Positions 29,699 to 39,544 of a stretch of DNA of 64,000 nt are shown piece after piece. Numbering within the stretch: the first letter of the stretch is position 1; each line of letters starts with the position of its first letter. The translations under genes and the position numbers were made by a program. The stretch spans positions 1 to 64,000 of the IMG/VR virus record IMGVR_UViG_3300025941_000015; one strand, 5' to 3'. Below the pieces are notes generated by a model that was given only the letters and a program-made list of their open reading frames with translations, had not been told where the DNA came from and ran no database searches. This DNA comes from a virus.

Positions 29699-30659
29699 GG
29701 AGATCCTCCGAGAGCTGGGTGTGCGGGTCACGTCCGTATCCGGTGACGAGATCCAGGGGTACTGCCCCGTGCACGCTCTCGTCGAGGGCACCGACCAGTC
29801 GAAGCCGAAGTGGTACATCAACGCTGAGTCGGGCGCATGGATCTGCTTCACGTGTGGGCAGCGCGGCTCGCTCCCCCACCTCGTCGAGGCTCTCGGTGGT
29901 GACACCGACACGATCGAGAAGCTCAAGCTCTCGGCTGCGCTCTCGATCACACAACGGTGGCACGAGGACGACGAAGGCACGGTCATCGACAAGGACGAGC
30001 CGGTCGTCGACCCCGACCTCTTCGATGCCAACCCCCCGCCTCCAGTCAGGATGCTCGACCTCAAGGACGTTGACCCGGCGGTGGCCGAGCGCTACAACGT
30101 GCGGTGGGATGCCAAGGGCAAGTGCTTCATGCTCCCGATCTACTCCGCCGACAACCGACTGCTCGGCTGGCAGGAGAAGAGCAAGGGCTACTTCATGAAC
30201 GTGCCCAAGCGTGTGCACAAGGCCGAGTCCCTGTTCGGATGGCACACGTACAGAGAAGGTGCGCTCATCGTTGTTGAGTCACCACTCGACGCTCTACGCT
30301 TCGCCTCCCATGGGTACGCCGCCGTCGCCACGTACGGTTCCTTCATCAGCGAGCTGCAGGCGCTGCTCATCACACGCGCCGACCAAGCTATCCTCGCCTT
30401 CGACAACGACGATGCAGGAGACCACGCCATGGATCAGGCAGCGGTCTTCCTACGTGAGTGGGACACGAACGCATCGTTCCGGTTCTTCAACTACCCACCG
30501 GGTACACGGGGCAGTGACCCCGGAGAGCTGCCCGTCACTGCGCTACACAGCGGCGTTGCGCACGCCACGCCATGGTTCACACACAGCAAGAAGGAGCAAG
30601 ACAATGGGAACACCAAGCCACGACGTCCGCCTCGCCGGACCGTACGCAGTCTCTGGTGA
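29685..30659 (+). CDS. dnaG: DNA primase (Zn-binding + TOPRIM)
   Basis: CPVH..CFTC, VVESPLD, AFDNDDAG. Confidence 0.9.
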   Translation: MTMIEEILRELGVRVTSVSGDEIQGYCPVHALVEGTDQSKPKWYINAESGAWICFTCGQRGSLPHLVEALGGDTDTIEKLKLSAALSITQRWHEDDEGTVIDKDEPVVDPDLFDANPPPPVRMLDLKDVDPAVAERYNVRWDAKGKCFMLPIYSADNRLLGWQEKSKGYFMNVPKRVHKAESLFGWHTYREGALIVVESPLDALRFASHGYAAVATYGSFISELQALLITRADQAILAFDNDDAGDHAMDQAAVFLREWDTNASFRFFNYPPGTRGSDPGELPVTALHSGVAHATPWFTHSKKEQDNGNTKPRRPPRRTVRSLW

Positions 30660-30665
30660 TCGGTC

Positions 30666-31210
30666 ATGAGGATCGGACTCACCGGGTACGCCGAGTCAGG
30701 CAAGGACGAGGTGGCTGATCAGCTCGTCGAAGAGTTCGGCTTCGTCAAGGTCAACATGAGTGATGCGATCGACAGGTACCTGCTCATCCTGAACCCCATC
30801 GTCAGCAAGTCCGGCACGAACTACGCCACCATCCGAAGGGCGTACAGCTACGTTGACGCCAAGCGCATCCCCGAGGTCCGTCGCCTGCTGCAGTGTCTCG
30901 GCACTGAGGTCGGTCGTGCCATCGACCCGGACGTGTGGGTGAAGGAGCTGGAGAAGGAGGCGTCGAAGCACGAGCACGTCGTCACCACAGGCATCCGCTA
31001 CGCCAATGAGGTCACTCCGGGGATGACCCTCATCAAAGTTGACCGCCCCGGCTACGGCCCACTCAACTCACACTCGACGGAGGACTTGAGGCGGTCTTCG
31101 AGATGGCCTACAACGTCATCCACAACACCCGTGATCTGGATGGGCTGCGGGTCACGACCCGGACCATGGCTCTGGCTCTCGGGCTGCACCCCCTGGAGAC
31201 AGCACGGTGA
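30666..31210 (+). CDS. deoxynucleoside monophosphate kinase (frameshift at about 31086)
   Basis: IGLTGYAESGKD, VRRLLQ.LGTEVGR, RY.NE, HSTE; expected C-terminus (VIHN..DL..L) is in the -1 frame. Confidence 0.85.
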
Positions 31211-31214
31211 AACC

Positions 31215-31397
31215 ATGCCAGCGATCCGCTGGTTGAAGCGACCGCGTCCTGTGCTCTACCACTACGCTTGTGACAAGTGCAGGATGACTCATAGCAACTA
31301 CGTTGCACCTGACCTCTCGTCCGTCTGGCACGTCTGCAGGTACAAGACCAAGATGGGCAAGGACATGAAAGCAGAGAGGCAGATGATCCTCCAGTGA
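31215..31397 (+). CDS. small Cys/His protein
   Basis: YACDKC..WHVC; separate ATG after the kinase. Confidence 0.55.
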   Translation: MPAIRWLKRPRPVLYHYACDKCRMTHSNYVAPDLSSVWHVCRYKTKMGKDMKAERQMILQ

Positions 31398-32953
31398 TCA
31401 GAGACCTCACACTCAAGCCGTTCCAAGAGGAGGCCCTCGACCTCCTGGTCGGTCGCGGCAGCGCTCTGCTCGCACTGACCATGGGGTTGGGCAAGACGGT
31501 CACGACGATCGCTGCCATCGAAGACCTGGCCGACAACGGTGCGCTGACCACGGGCCTGATCATCGTGCCCAACTCGTTGAAGTACCAGTGGCAGCGTGAG
31601 ATCCTGCGCTTCACCGGACAGCGTGCGCTCGTCATCGACGGCCCGAAGCCGAAGCGGGAGAAGCTGTACTCGTACGCCTTCCGCCACCGCTACGTCGTCA
31701 CGAACTACGACTCCATCGTCAACGACTGGAACGTGGTGCGAGACCTGCCGCTCGACTACATCGTGTGCGACGAGGCGACGGCGATCAAGACGTTCAAGAC
31801 CAAGCGCTCGAAGCGGATCAAGTTCCTGGGCAAGCGTGTGCCGATCCGCATCGCCCTCACCGGCCAGCCGATCGAGAACAGACCCGAGGAGCTGTTCAGC
31901 ATCATGGAGTTCGTCGACGCCGAGGTGCTCGGTGACTTCGCCAAGTTCGATCGCACCTTCATCGTGCGCAACCACTGGGGCAGGCCGACCCGCTACCGCA
32001 ACCTCCCGCTGCTGCACGAGGCCATGGCCGACGTCATGTACCGGAAGAGCCGGAAGGATGTCGCCGACCAGTTCCCCCGCATCAACACCGCTGTCATCCC
32101 GTTCTACCTCAGCGATGTTGAGGCGACGATGTACGAGCGCGTGCGCGACTACGTCCTGAACCTCTTGCTCGACGCCACGGCACAGTTCGGTGCCAGCTTC
32201 AACCTCGCTGCGCACTACGGCGCCGACCACGACCCGGCCAGCGAGCAGATGAAGGGCGACATCATGGCTGGGGTCATGCTCCTGCGGCAGATCTCCGACG
32301 ACGCCAACCTCGTGCTGCAGTCGGCAGCCAACTACGACACGGGCAGGGGCACCGGCTCGAAGCTGGCACACGAGCTGGTCGCACAGGGATGGTTCGACAA
32401 CGTCCCCGACGTCTCGTCGAAGCGTGCCATGTTCTTCGAGTTCATCGAGGAGGTGCTGGCCGAGGACTGCGACTCGAAGGTCGTCGGCTTCTCCACGTTC
32501 AAGGGCATGCTGCGATCGCTCGCCCTCGACACGGCGCCACTCACCAAGAGCACGGCGTTGACCGGCGACATGAACGCCAGGGACAGGGACACATCGATCC
32601 AGCAGTTCAAGACCGACAAGGCCACCCGTCTGTTCCTGTCGAGCGACGCTGGCGGGTACGGCATCGACCTGCCCAACGCCAACCACCTCGTGTCGCTCGA
32701 CCTGCCCTGGTCGACGGGCAGCTACGAGCAGCGCGAGGCCCGCATCATCCGCATCAGCTCCGAGTTCGAGCAGGTGTTCATCACCATGCTGCTGGCGCAG
32801 GGGACGATCGACATGCGCATGCACGAGATGATCGAGGAGAAGGGTGGCGTCGCCGACGCCTGGCTCGACGGCAGCGTCGACGCCAAGGGTGGGTTCGAGC
32901 TGAACCTGGGCAGCCTGACTGACTTCCTGGCCACAGCGAAGTTGCGTCCGTAA
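31394..32953 (+). CDS. SNF2-family helicase
   Basis: MGLGKT, CDEAT, LTGQPIEN, AGGYGIDL, QREARI.R. Confidence 0.93.
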   Translation: MIRDLTLKPFQEEALDLLVGRGSALLALTMGLGKTVTTIAAIEDLADNGALTTGLIIVPNSLKYQWQREILRFTGQRALVIDGPKPKREKLYSYAFRHRYVVTNYDSIVNDWNVVRDLPLDYIVCDEATAIKTFKTKRSKRIKFLGKRVPIRIALTGQPIENRPEELFSIMEFVDAEVLGDFAKFDRTFIVRNHWGRPTRYRNLPLLHEAMADVMYRKSRKDVADQFPRINTAVIPFYLSDVEATMYERVRDYVLNLLLDATAQFGASFNLAAHYGADHDPASEQMKGDIMAGVMLLRQISDDANLVLQSAANYDTGRGTGSKLAHELVAQGWFDNVPDVSSKRAMFFEFIEEVLAEDCDSKVVGFSTFKGMLRSLALDTAPLTKSTALTGDMNARDRDTSIQQFKTDKATRLFLSSDAGGYGIDLPNANHLVSLDLPWSTGSYEQREARIIRISSEFEQVFITMLLAQGTIDMRMHEMIEEKGGVADAWLDGSVDAKGGFELNLGSLTDFLATAKLRP

Positions 32954-32970
32954 TCGATAGTTGCTACTGT
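32942..32970 (+). promoter_or_regulatory. putative SigA-like promoter
   Basis: TTGCGT-17-TACTGT, 9 nt before ATG 32980. Confidence 0.4.
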
Positions 32971-32979
32971 TGCGACCTC

Positions 32980-33405
32980 ATGGCTGTCAAGAAGCTCGCA
33001 CGGGGCATCAACAAGACCAACTTCCCGCAGTACCTACAGCGGTTCCTCCAGGCCAAGGCCATGGCCAACGAGGCGACGCAGCGGTCCAACGACCAGCGCG
33101 ATCAGCTCATGGCCTTCGTCGAGAAGCACGGCATCGAGGACGAGAAGGGGCACGTGCGTGTCGAGGCTCCCGGCATCGGCTTCGCCAAGCGCGAGCGCAA
33201 GGTGTCCGACGTCTTCGACGCCGAGTTCGCCGAGGAGTATCTCAAGAAGACCAAGCTCTGGCTCAAGGCCACCGAGACCATCACGGTCATCGACGAGGAC
33301 AAGCTGCTCGCCCTGATCTACGACGGGACCATCCCCGAGGAGGTCGGTGAGCTGATGTACACCAAGAAGATCTCATACGCATTCCGCGTGGAGGAAGAGA
33401 AGTGA
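32980..33405 (+). CDS. Gam/gp157-like hypothetical protein
   Basis: Coiled N-terminus, G..D.KG, IDEDKL..Y.F pattern. Confidence 0.55.
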   Translation: MAVKKLARGINKTNFPQYLQRFLQAKAMANEATQRSNDQRDQLMAFVEKHGIEDEKGHVRVEAPGIGFAKRERKVSDVFDAEFAEEYLKKTKLWLKATETITVIDEDKLLALIYDGTIPEEVGELMYTKKISYAFRVEEEK

Positions 33406-33433
33406 AGACCACCCCTACCAAGAAGGAGGCTTG

Positions 33434-33769
33434 ATGCCTTACGGACTATCAATCGACCTCGACGCCATCAAGTGTGTGGACATGGGTCACCACTGGATCG
33501 AGACGTTCTACGGACGGTGTCCGTCCGGCAAGTTGAAGGGCACGCCGATGCGTGCGGCTGTCTGTGTCACCTGTGGCTCGGGCAAGATCGACCACCTGTC
33601 GTGGAGCGGCAAGGTCACCGGCACCGACCGCGACACCGACGAGGTGTACATCACCAACGCCCGACTGCTGGGGGACCACCACCAACGACGCATGGCGTTG
33701 CGGCAGGCGAAGAACGAACGCATGAAGAAGGAAGGCGACAAGGGAGCACTCAATGGGCAAGATGACTGA
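33434..33769 (+). CDS. Zn-binding hypothetical protein
   Basis: C..GHHW..CVTC; AAGGAGG RBS. Confidence 0.65.
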   Translation: MPYGLSIDLDAIKCVDMGHHWIETFYGRCPSGKLKGTPMRAAVCVTCGSGKIDHLSWSGKVTGTDRDTDEVYITNARLLGDHHQRRMALRQAKNERMKKEGDKGALNGQDD

Positions 33770-34112
33770 TGAAGCCAAAGAGAACATGATCATGGGGCAG
33801 AAGGCGATGCGCGCCGTCGAGGCGTACCTCGTCTACATCAACCAGTACAAGACGCGTGGTCGTCCGATGAGTCAGGCTGCGCTCAGCGGCAAGATCATTG
33901 AAGAGACCAACCTGGCCAAGAAGGTCATCCTGATCGCCCAGATGCACGAGGCAATTCGACGTGCCGAGTGGGCCCAGAAGGAGGCTGAGCTGAAACAGGA
34001 GTTCCTCAAATACGCACCCTGGTTCTCTGAGCAGCACGGCGTGACGTACCCGGCCTGGCGTGAGATCGGTGTGTCAGCCTCCGTGCTGGCCGAGGCGGGG
34101 ATCACCGGGTGA
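33753..34112 (+). CDS. hypothetical protein resembling a conserved Acidimicrobiia protein
   Basis: MTDE.K..RAV..YL..RGR and F..A..FS..G.TY.AWRE.GV...VL..AGI; family link is from memory. Confidence 0.65.
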   Translation: MGKMTDEAKENMIMGQKAMRAVEAYLVYINQYKTRGRPMSQAALSGKIIEETNLAKKVILIAQMHEAIRRAEWAQKEAELKQEFLKYAPWFSEQHGVTYPAWREIGVSASVLAEAGITG

Positions 34113-34276
34113 CCGATGTGCACTACCTGCAGCGGCCGCGGCTTGTGCACCAGCTCGTCAGTCGGTCGGGCAAGGAGTACACGGCCAGGTGTGGGGTAGT
34201 GACCGAGGACGTCGGTGACGTGACCGGATGGCATCAGTTCATCACGTGTGAGGAGTGTCTGAACCATGAGCGATGA
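34109..34276 (+). CDS. small Zn-finger-like protein
   Basis: VH..CG..ITCEEC; overlaps both neighbours. Confidence 0.5.
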   Translation: MTDVHYLQRPRLVHQLVSRSGKEYTARCGVVTEDVGDVTGWHQFITCEECLNHER

Positions 34277-34721
34277 ACTAGACCGTGCCCTGGCCGACCT
34301 GCCGGGCTTCAACTTCCCCAGTGGTGTGAAGCCACGCCGCACGTCCGCAGCTACCAAGGCGCGGGTCGAGCCCGTGGCCGACGACTGGGATGCCAACCCG
34401 ACCATCAAGAAGCTCAAGGGTGTCGACACAGAGTTCTTCACCATCGGCAACCTCGCCGCTGCACTGGGCAACAAGCCGGTCACCGTGCGCTCGTGGGAGC
34501 GCAAGGGCTGGCTGCCCCTGAGCCGGTTCCGCACACCCGCCCCGTCTACCCACCCCATCGAGGGGAAGAAGCCCATGGGTAAGCGGCTGTACACCAGGGC
34601 TCAGATCGAGGCGGTCGTCAAGGCTGCTCGCGATGCAGGCGTGCTCGACCCGTCAGTGCCCCGGCCGAACTGGCCGAAGTTCACCAGGCAGGTTGTCGAT
34701 GCCTGGAAGTTGAACACGTAG
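34266..34721 (+). CDS. MerR-like HTH DNA-binding protein
   Basis: FTIGNLAAALGNKPVTVRSWERKGWLP..GKRLYT. Confidence 0.85.
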   Translation: MSDELDRALADLPGFNFPSGVKPRRTSAATKARVEPVADDWDANPTIKKLKGVDTEFFTIGNLAAALGNKPVTVRSWERKGWLPLSRFRTPAPSTHPIEGKKPMGKRLYTRAQIEAVVKAARDAGVLDPSVPRPNWPKFTRQVVDAWKLNT

Positions 34722-34757
34722 ACTCACCAGTCCCCACCACACAGGAGATCACACACA

Positions 34758-35528
34758 ATGGTTCTGAAACTGGCCAAGAAGACCCCGGTCACGGCCGCCC
34801 CGGCGAAGAAGGTTGCGGCGAAGAAGGTGGCGCCGAAGAAGCTCGCACCTCGTCGCGTCGACGACGACGAGGCACCGACACCGAAGAAGAAGAAGGCTGC
34901 TGCCGCCGCTCCACCCACCGGCTCCCGCAAGGGTGTTGTCACCTCCGGGTGGGACGGTGCCAAGGGCATGGGTGGCAGCGGTGACTTCATCAAGGCGCTC
35001 GACTTCAAGAACGAGGCCGACCGTCTCGGCGACACGCTCTACTTCGTCGGCAAGTTCATCGACGACGAGCCGTACGCCAACGTCAAGATCCACTGGACCG
35101 ACCGCAAGGGCAAGCGCTCGTTCGTGTGCATCGGTGACGACTGCCCGCTGTGCGACATCGGTGCGGACGTGAAGACCGAGATGCGATTCAACTTCGCTGT
35201 GTTCACCGAGGATGCACCGAAGCTGCGCTCGTGGGCAGCGGGCTGGAAGATCTTCAAGAAGATCGAGCAGTACTCCATCGCCCCGCTCACCAAGCCGCTG
35301 TCGAAGCGGTACTACCTCGCGACACGCACCGGCAAGACCTTCAACGAGATCGCCTACGACCTGCAGAAGGTCACCGCCGATGAGATCGGCGAGGGCTACC
35401 CCGACATCTACGTCCCCACTGCTGAGGAGATCGCCGAGCTTGGTGGGTACACCCTCGACGATGTCGTCAAGGAGTACTCGACGATGGAAGAGCTGGAAGA
35501 AGTCGCAGCCGAGATCGTCGAAGGGTGA
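34758..35528 (+). CDS. single-stranded DNA-binding protein (gp32-like) with PAKK-rich N-terminus
   Basis: HW..SFVC..CPLC, acidic C-terminus; directly before PolA. Confidence 0.7.
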   Translation: MVLKLAKKTPVTAAPAKKVAAKKVAPKKLAPRRVDDDEAPTPKKKKAAAAAPPTGSRKGVVTSGWDGAKGMGGSGDFIKALDFKNEADRLGDTLYFVGKFIDDEPYANVKIHWTDRKGKRSFVCIGDDCPLCDIGADVKTEMRFNFAVFTEDAPKLRSWAAGWKIFKKIEQYSIAPLTKPLSKRYYLATRTGKTFNEIAYDLQKVTADEIGEGYPDIYVPTAEEIAELGGYTLDDVVKEYSTMEELEEVAAEIVEG

Positions 35529-37639
35529 TCATCACTGGCGAGCGCCAGCTCCGACAGCTCGTCAAGGAGTACCAGCAGCACGACGCTCTGGTCTTCGATC
35601 TGGAGACCATGTACGTGGCGACGGAGGAGGAGCAGGCGGAGAGCGATCGCATCCACGAGCGCCCGCAGCACCAGTGGTCAGCAGACGAGAAGGCGTGGAT
35701 CAACGTCTTCGATCTCAAGGCCACCGACCCGCACATCAACACCACCATCTGGTTCGGGATGGCCACGGCAGGACGCAGCGATGCCATCGCCGTGGGCCAC
35801 CCGAAGGGTGAGCTGATCGAGCCCGCCCACAAGATCAAGACGACTGCCGCCGACTACTACGGCGTCGGGGATGACCGTGCGTATACACCGACGGGCAGGC
35901 TCTCCTCGCGTGCGATGGAGGTGCTCGTGCCCGCACGGTTCGAGCCCCCGCCACCGCAGCTCACACTGGAGCAGGCGTGCGAGATCCTCCGCCCGCTGTT
36001 CTTCGACGAGGGCCGGAGGATCGTCAACCAGAACCTCAAGTTCGACATCAAGTCTCTTGTGCGTGCCTACGACGGGGAGTTCATCCCCGGTCCGTACGGC
36101 GACACGATCGTGGCGCAGCACACGGTGGATGAGAACGCCTTCATGTCCCTCAACCTGGGTGCCATGGTCGAGCGGCACTTCGGCCACAGCTACGACAAGC
36201 TGGGCTCGAAGGGCGTGCACAACTTCTCCTTCAACGCAGCGGCGCGGTACGCCGAGCAGGATGCGAAGTTCACCTGGCTGCTGTGGAAGCGCTACGAACG
36301 GATCCTCAAGCGCGAGGGCCTGTTCGACCTGTTCGAGTTCAAGATGCAGGTCATGGAGATGCTGATGCGGAAGGAGTGGGCCGGGGCCTACGTCGACAGC
36401 AAGGCCATGGAGATCACGCGCCAGACGTACGAGAAGCGCAAGCGCGACACGGTCGCCCGGCTGCTGTCCGAGCACTCGGTGCCCCCGACCTTCAACCCCG
36501 ACAGCACGCTGCACAAGGCCGACCTGCTGTTCACGAGGCTCAAGGCACCAGTGTTGAAGAGGACGGGCACGGGCAAGGCGTCGGTCGATGCTGAGACCCT
36601 GGAGAAGGTCGCCCAGATGCCAGGCGAGGCGGGGCAGGCAGCGCAGACGCTGCTCGACTACGCCGAGGTCTCGAAGGTCATCGGCACGTACTTCGTGGGC
36701 ATGGGTGCCAAGCTCGACGGCGCTGGCTTCCTGCACCCCGACTTCACACAGCATGCTGCCGACACCGGGCGCCTCGCATGTCGCACCCCGAACCTCCACA
36801 ACATCCCACGTGAGTCCGACATGCGCGACATGTTCACGGCACCGAAGGGGTACGTCGTGGTCGGCGCTGACTACGACCAGATCGAGCTGCGGTTCATCTG
36901 TGCCGAGTCGCAGGACACCACGATGCAGGAGGTGTTCCTCTCCGGGGAGGACGTCCATGCCACGACCGCTGCGCTCGTACTCAACAAGCCCCTCGACGAG
37001 GTGACCAAAGACGAGCGCTCGAACTTCGGCAAGATGCCGAACTTCCTCATCGGCTACGGCGGCACGGCCTTCCTCCTCGCAGCCAAGACGGGCATCACCG
37101 TGGACGAGGCCGACGCTGTGTTCAAGGCGTACTTCTCCCGCTTCTCGCGCATCAACCCGTGGAAGGAAGAGGTCATCGCCGAGGCTGTCGCTCGCGCCAC
37201 GTGGAAGGACGGCAACCTCATCGTCCCGCCGTACGTCACCACGATGATGGGCCAGCGCCGTCGACTGCCCGACCTCCTCCGCAAGACGAACAGGAACATG
37301 AGCAAGGAGGAGTGGCGGGAGACGATGAAGCTGCGGTCGCGTGCCGAGCGTCAGGCCGTCAACGCTGTGACCCAGGGGTCTGCTGCGGAGACGTTGCAGA
37401 TCGCCATGCTCGACATCGATCGCTACTGCCGGGAGCGCAAGTTCCCGATGCGCCTCGCCATCAACATCCACGACGAGGTGGTTGCGTACTGCAAGGAGAG
37501 CCACGCCGAGGAGGGTCAGCTCATCGTCGAATCCCTCATGGGTGATGTGGTCAACCCCTTCACGGGCGAGCCACCTTTACGTGACTTCGTGCCGCTGATA
37601 GCGTCCGGCTATATCGCTGATCGCTGGCGTAAGGTCTAG
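35525..37639 (+). CDS. polA: family A DNA polymerase with 3'-5' exonuclease
   Basis: DLET, NLKFD, YAEQD, TGRL..PNLHNIP, ADYDQIELR, K..NF..YG (F762 type), QGSAAE, IHDE. Confidence 0.96.
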   Translation: MIITGERQLRQLVKEYQQHDALVFDLETMYVATEEEQAESDRIHERPQHQWSADEKAWINVFDLKATDPHINTTIWFGMATAGRSDAIAVGHPKGELIEPAHKIKTTAADYYGVGDDRAYTPTGRLSSRAMEVLVPARFEPPPPQLTLEQACEILRPLFFDEGRRIVNQNLKFDIKSLVRAYDGEFIPGPYGDTIVAQHTVDENAFMSLNLGAMVERHFGHSYDKLGSKGVHNFSFNAAARYAEQDAKFTWLLWKRYERILKREGLFDLFEFKMQVMEMLMRKEWAGAYVDSKAMEITRQTYEKRKRDTVARLLSEHSVPPTFNPDSTLHKADLLFTRLKAPVLKRTGTGKASVDAETLEKVAQMPGEAGQAAQTLLDYAEVSKVIGTYFVGMGAKLDGAGFLHPDFTQHAADTGRLACRTPNLHNIPRESDMRDMFTAPKGYVVVGADYDQIELRFICAESQDTTMQEVFLSGEDVHATTAALVLNKPLDEVTKDERSNFGKMPNFLIGYGGTAFLLAAKTGITVDEADAVFKAYFSRFSRINPWKEEVIAEAVARATWKDGNLIVPPYVTTMMGQRRRLPDLLRKTNRNMSKEEWRETMKLRSRAERQAVNAVTQGSAAETLQIAMLDIDRYCRERKFPMRLAINIHDEVVAYCKESHAEEGQLIVESLMGDVVNPFTGEPPLRDFVPLIASGYIADRWRKV

Positions 37640-37672
37640 GGTCGTGATGTCTGTTCAGCGACTGGGAGAGCC

Positions 37673-37993
37673 GTGACCATCGTTGCTGATCTACACACCA
37701 AGAAGCGCTTCCTGCAGCGTGCGTTCTTCCCACTGGGAACGGAGGTGTGCTCCGAGATAGGACTAGTACCGCCGTCCGAGGAGGTCGCCGAGTCCGAGCA
37801 GAACCAGGCGTACACCGAGATGGGCCACGCCGCCCAGCTCTACCTCCCGTACATCTCCAAGCGGATCCAGTGGTACCTGCAGGGTGTCGAGGGCCTCGCA
37901 GCATCGGGCCTGCCGGTGGAGGAGAAGACGTTGGGTGAGAACCTGCTGTCGTTCACACTGGCGATGATGGTCGATGAAGGGAGAATGTCGTGA
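37673..37993 (+). CDS. hypothetical protein
   Basis: GGGAG RBS; codon usage. Confidence 0.6.
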   Translation: MTIVADLHTKKRFLQRAFFPLGTEVCSEIGLVPPSEEVAESEQNQAYTEMGHAAQLYLPYISKRIQWYLQGVEGLAASGLPVEEKTLGENLLSFTLAMMVDEGRMS

Positions 37994-38424
37994 CTGACAA
38001 CGCAGCTTGGTTCGCCGCACGCATGGCGCGAGAGGCTGGCACGGCTCAGCAGTACGTGCCACCGCAGCAGCTACCGCCCGTGGCACCACCGCAACAGGTG
38101 TACCCACAGCAGCAGCAGTATCCACAGCAGCAGTACCAGCAGCCCGCACCCCAACCCATCTCCGAGCAGGCTGTGATCCAGGCCGCTCGTGATGGACAGA
38201 TCACTGCGTTCCAGGTGTTCGACTACGTGGCGCAGAAGGGTGGCGGCAAGGGTGCGAGGACTGAGCGCGACCTCTGCCCCGAGTGCGGGAGCAACCACTA
38301 CTTCCAGCGCAAGGCGGCCAGCAAGATGGGGATGCCGCCCGCCCCCTACTGCCACTCGTGTGGCTACAACGGTATGTACGAGCAGTTCGGCACCGGGGAA
38401 GTCCCGGTAACACCAGAAGGATGA
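37990..38424 (+). CDS. Gln/Pro-rich Zn-ribbon protein
   Basis: CPECGSNHY..CHSCGY; before RecA. Confidence 0.7.
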   Translation: MTDNAAWFAARMAREAGTAQQYVPPQQLPPVAPPQQVYPQQQQYPQQQYQQPAPQPISEQAVIQAARDGQITAFQVFDYVAQKGGGKGARTERDLCPECGSNHYFQRKAASKMGMPPAPYCHSCGYNGMYEQFGTGEVPVTPEG

Positions 38425-38425
38425 G

Positions 38426-39544
38426 ATGACAACACGGAGCACGCTCGCCCAGATCAGGCGAGACATTGAGAAGAAGTACGGACCGGACGCACTCATCAAC
38501 GGAGCAGAGTTGAAGAACCGTGTCATCCAACGCATCACCACAGGCTCGTTGAGCCTCGACGTGATGCTGGGTGGTGGCTGGCCCGTCAATCACTTCAACG
38601 AGATCGTCGGTGAGTTCTCCAGCGGTAAGACATCGCTGGTGTACAAGACCATTGCTGCCAACCAGGCGCTCGACCCCAAGTGGTTCGTCGTGTGGGTGGC
38701 GAGCGAGCCGTTCGTTGCTGAGTGGGCCGAGGCTGCCGGGTGTGACCTGTCTCGCTTCGAGATCATCGACGACAACGTCATCGAGTCTGCGTTCACCATG
38801 CTGTTGATGTTCGTCGAGAACCATGCGTGCGACTGCGTTGTGATCGATTCGCTGCCAGCCATGCTCCCGTCGGACGAGAACGACAACGGTCTGGACAACT
38901 GGCAGGTGGGGCTGGCTGCCCGGCTCAACAACAAGTTCTTCCGAGTGGCAGGCTCCAAGGTCAAGCGCTCGATGACCGGTGACGAGCGCGCCTGCACCTT
39001 CCTCGTCGTGAACCAGTTCCGAGAGAAGATCGGTGTGACCCACGGTGACAACCGCACGACGCCCGGCGGCAGGGGCAAGGACTTCGCCTACTTCACCAAG
39101 ACCGAGGTGCGTCGCAAGGAGTGGCTGGAGGTCGACAAGGAGCGTGTCGGTGTCCGTATCGCTGCCCGCACGGTGAAGAACAAGAGCGCCCCGCCGCAGC
39201 GTGGTGCCGAGGTCAACTTCTACTTCGCCGATGCACCTGGCTTCCCGGCAGGATCGTTCGACGTCGCCGATGACCTCGTCGGCACGGCTGTGTACACCGA
39301 CGTCATCCACCGCATCGACGGCGGCACGACGTACTGGTTCGACGACCAGAAGCTGGGCGTAGGTCTGGCGAAGACCTTGGCCCTGGTGCGTGAGGATCTC
39401 GACCTCCAACGTGCGATCCGCGAGCGAACCCTCAAGGTCACGGCAACCTCATACGCACCGGACATCGACCTCACCGTGGCCGAGCAGATCGTTCCTGAAC
39501 CCCCGCCTCGCAAGCTCAAGCTGGCAGCGAAGAATGCCTCGTGA
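38426..39544 (+). CDS. recA: RecA/UvsX recombinase
   Basis: TGSLSLD..LGGG.P, GEFSSGKT, VIDS, NQ.R.KIG, TTPGG, VKNK.APP. Confidence 0.95.
   Translation: MTTRSTLAQIRRDIEKKYGPDALINGAELKNRVIQRITTGSLSLDVMLGGGWPVNHFNEIVGEFSSGKTSLVYKTIAANQALDPKWFVVWVASEPFVAEWAEAAGCDLSRFEIIDDNVIESAFTMLLMFVENHACDCVVIDSLPAMLPSDENDNGLDNWQVGLAARLNNKFFRVAGSKVKRSMTGDERACTFLVVNQFREKIGVTHGDNRTTPGGRGKDFAYFTKTEVRRKEWLEVDKERVGVRIAARTVKNKSAPPQRGAEVNFYFADAPGFPAGSFDVADDLVGTAVYTDVIHRIDGGTTYWFDDQKLGVGLAKTLALVREDLDLQRAIRERTLKVTATSYAPDIDLTVAEQIVPEPPPRKLKLAAKNAS

Noticed and set aside
30666-31397. 243-aa kinase ORF as a genuine fusion
   Set aside because: Better explained as a frameshifted kinase plus a separate small gene at 31215.
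35678-37504. Long minus-strand ORFs (e.g. 8802-10838, 11346-12989, 31298-32824, 35678-37504)
   Set aside because: Antisense shadows of well-supported plus-strand genes in high-GC DNA; no recognisable motifs.
28415-39544. Inteins or introns in DnaB, PolA, SNF2 helicase or RecA
   Set aside because: Lengths are normal and no C/S..HN splice motifs or homing endonuclease were seen. PolA has only short N-terminal insertions.
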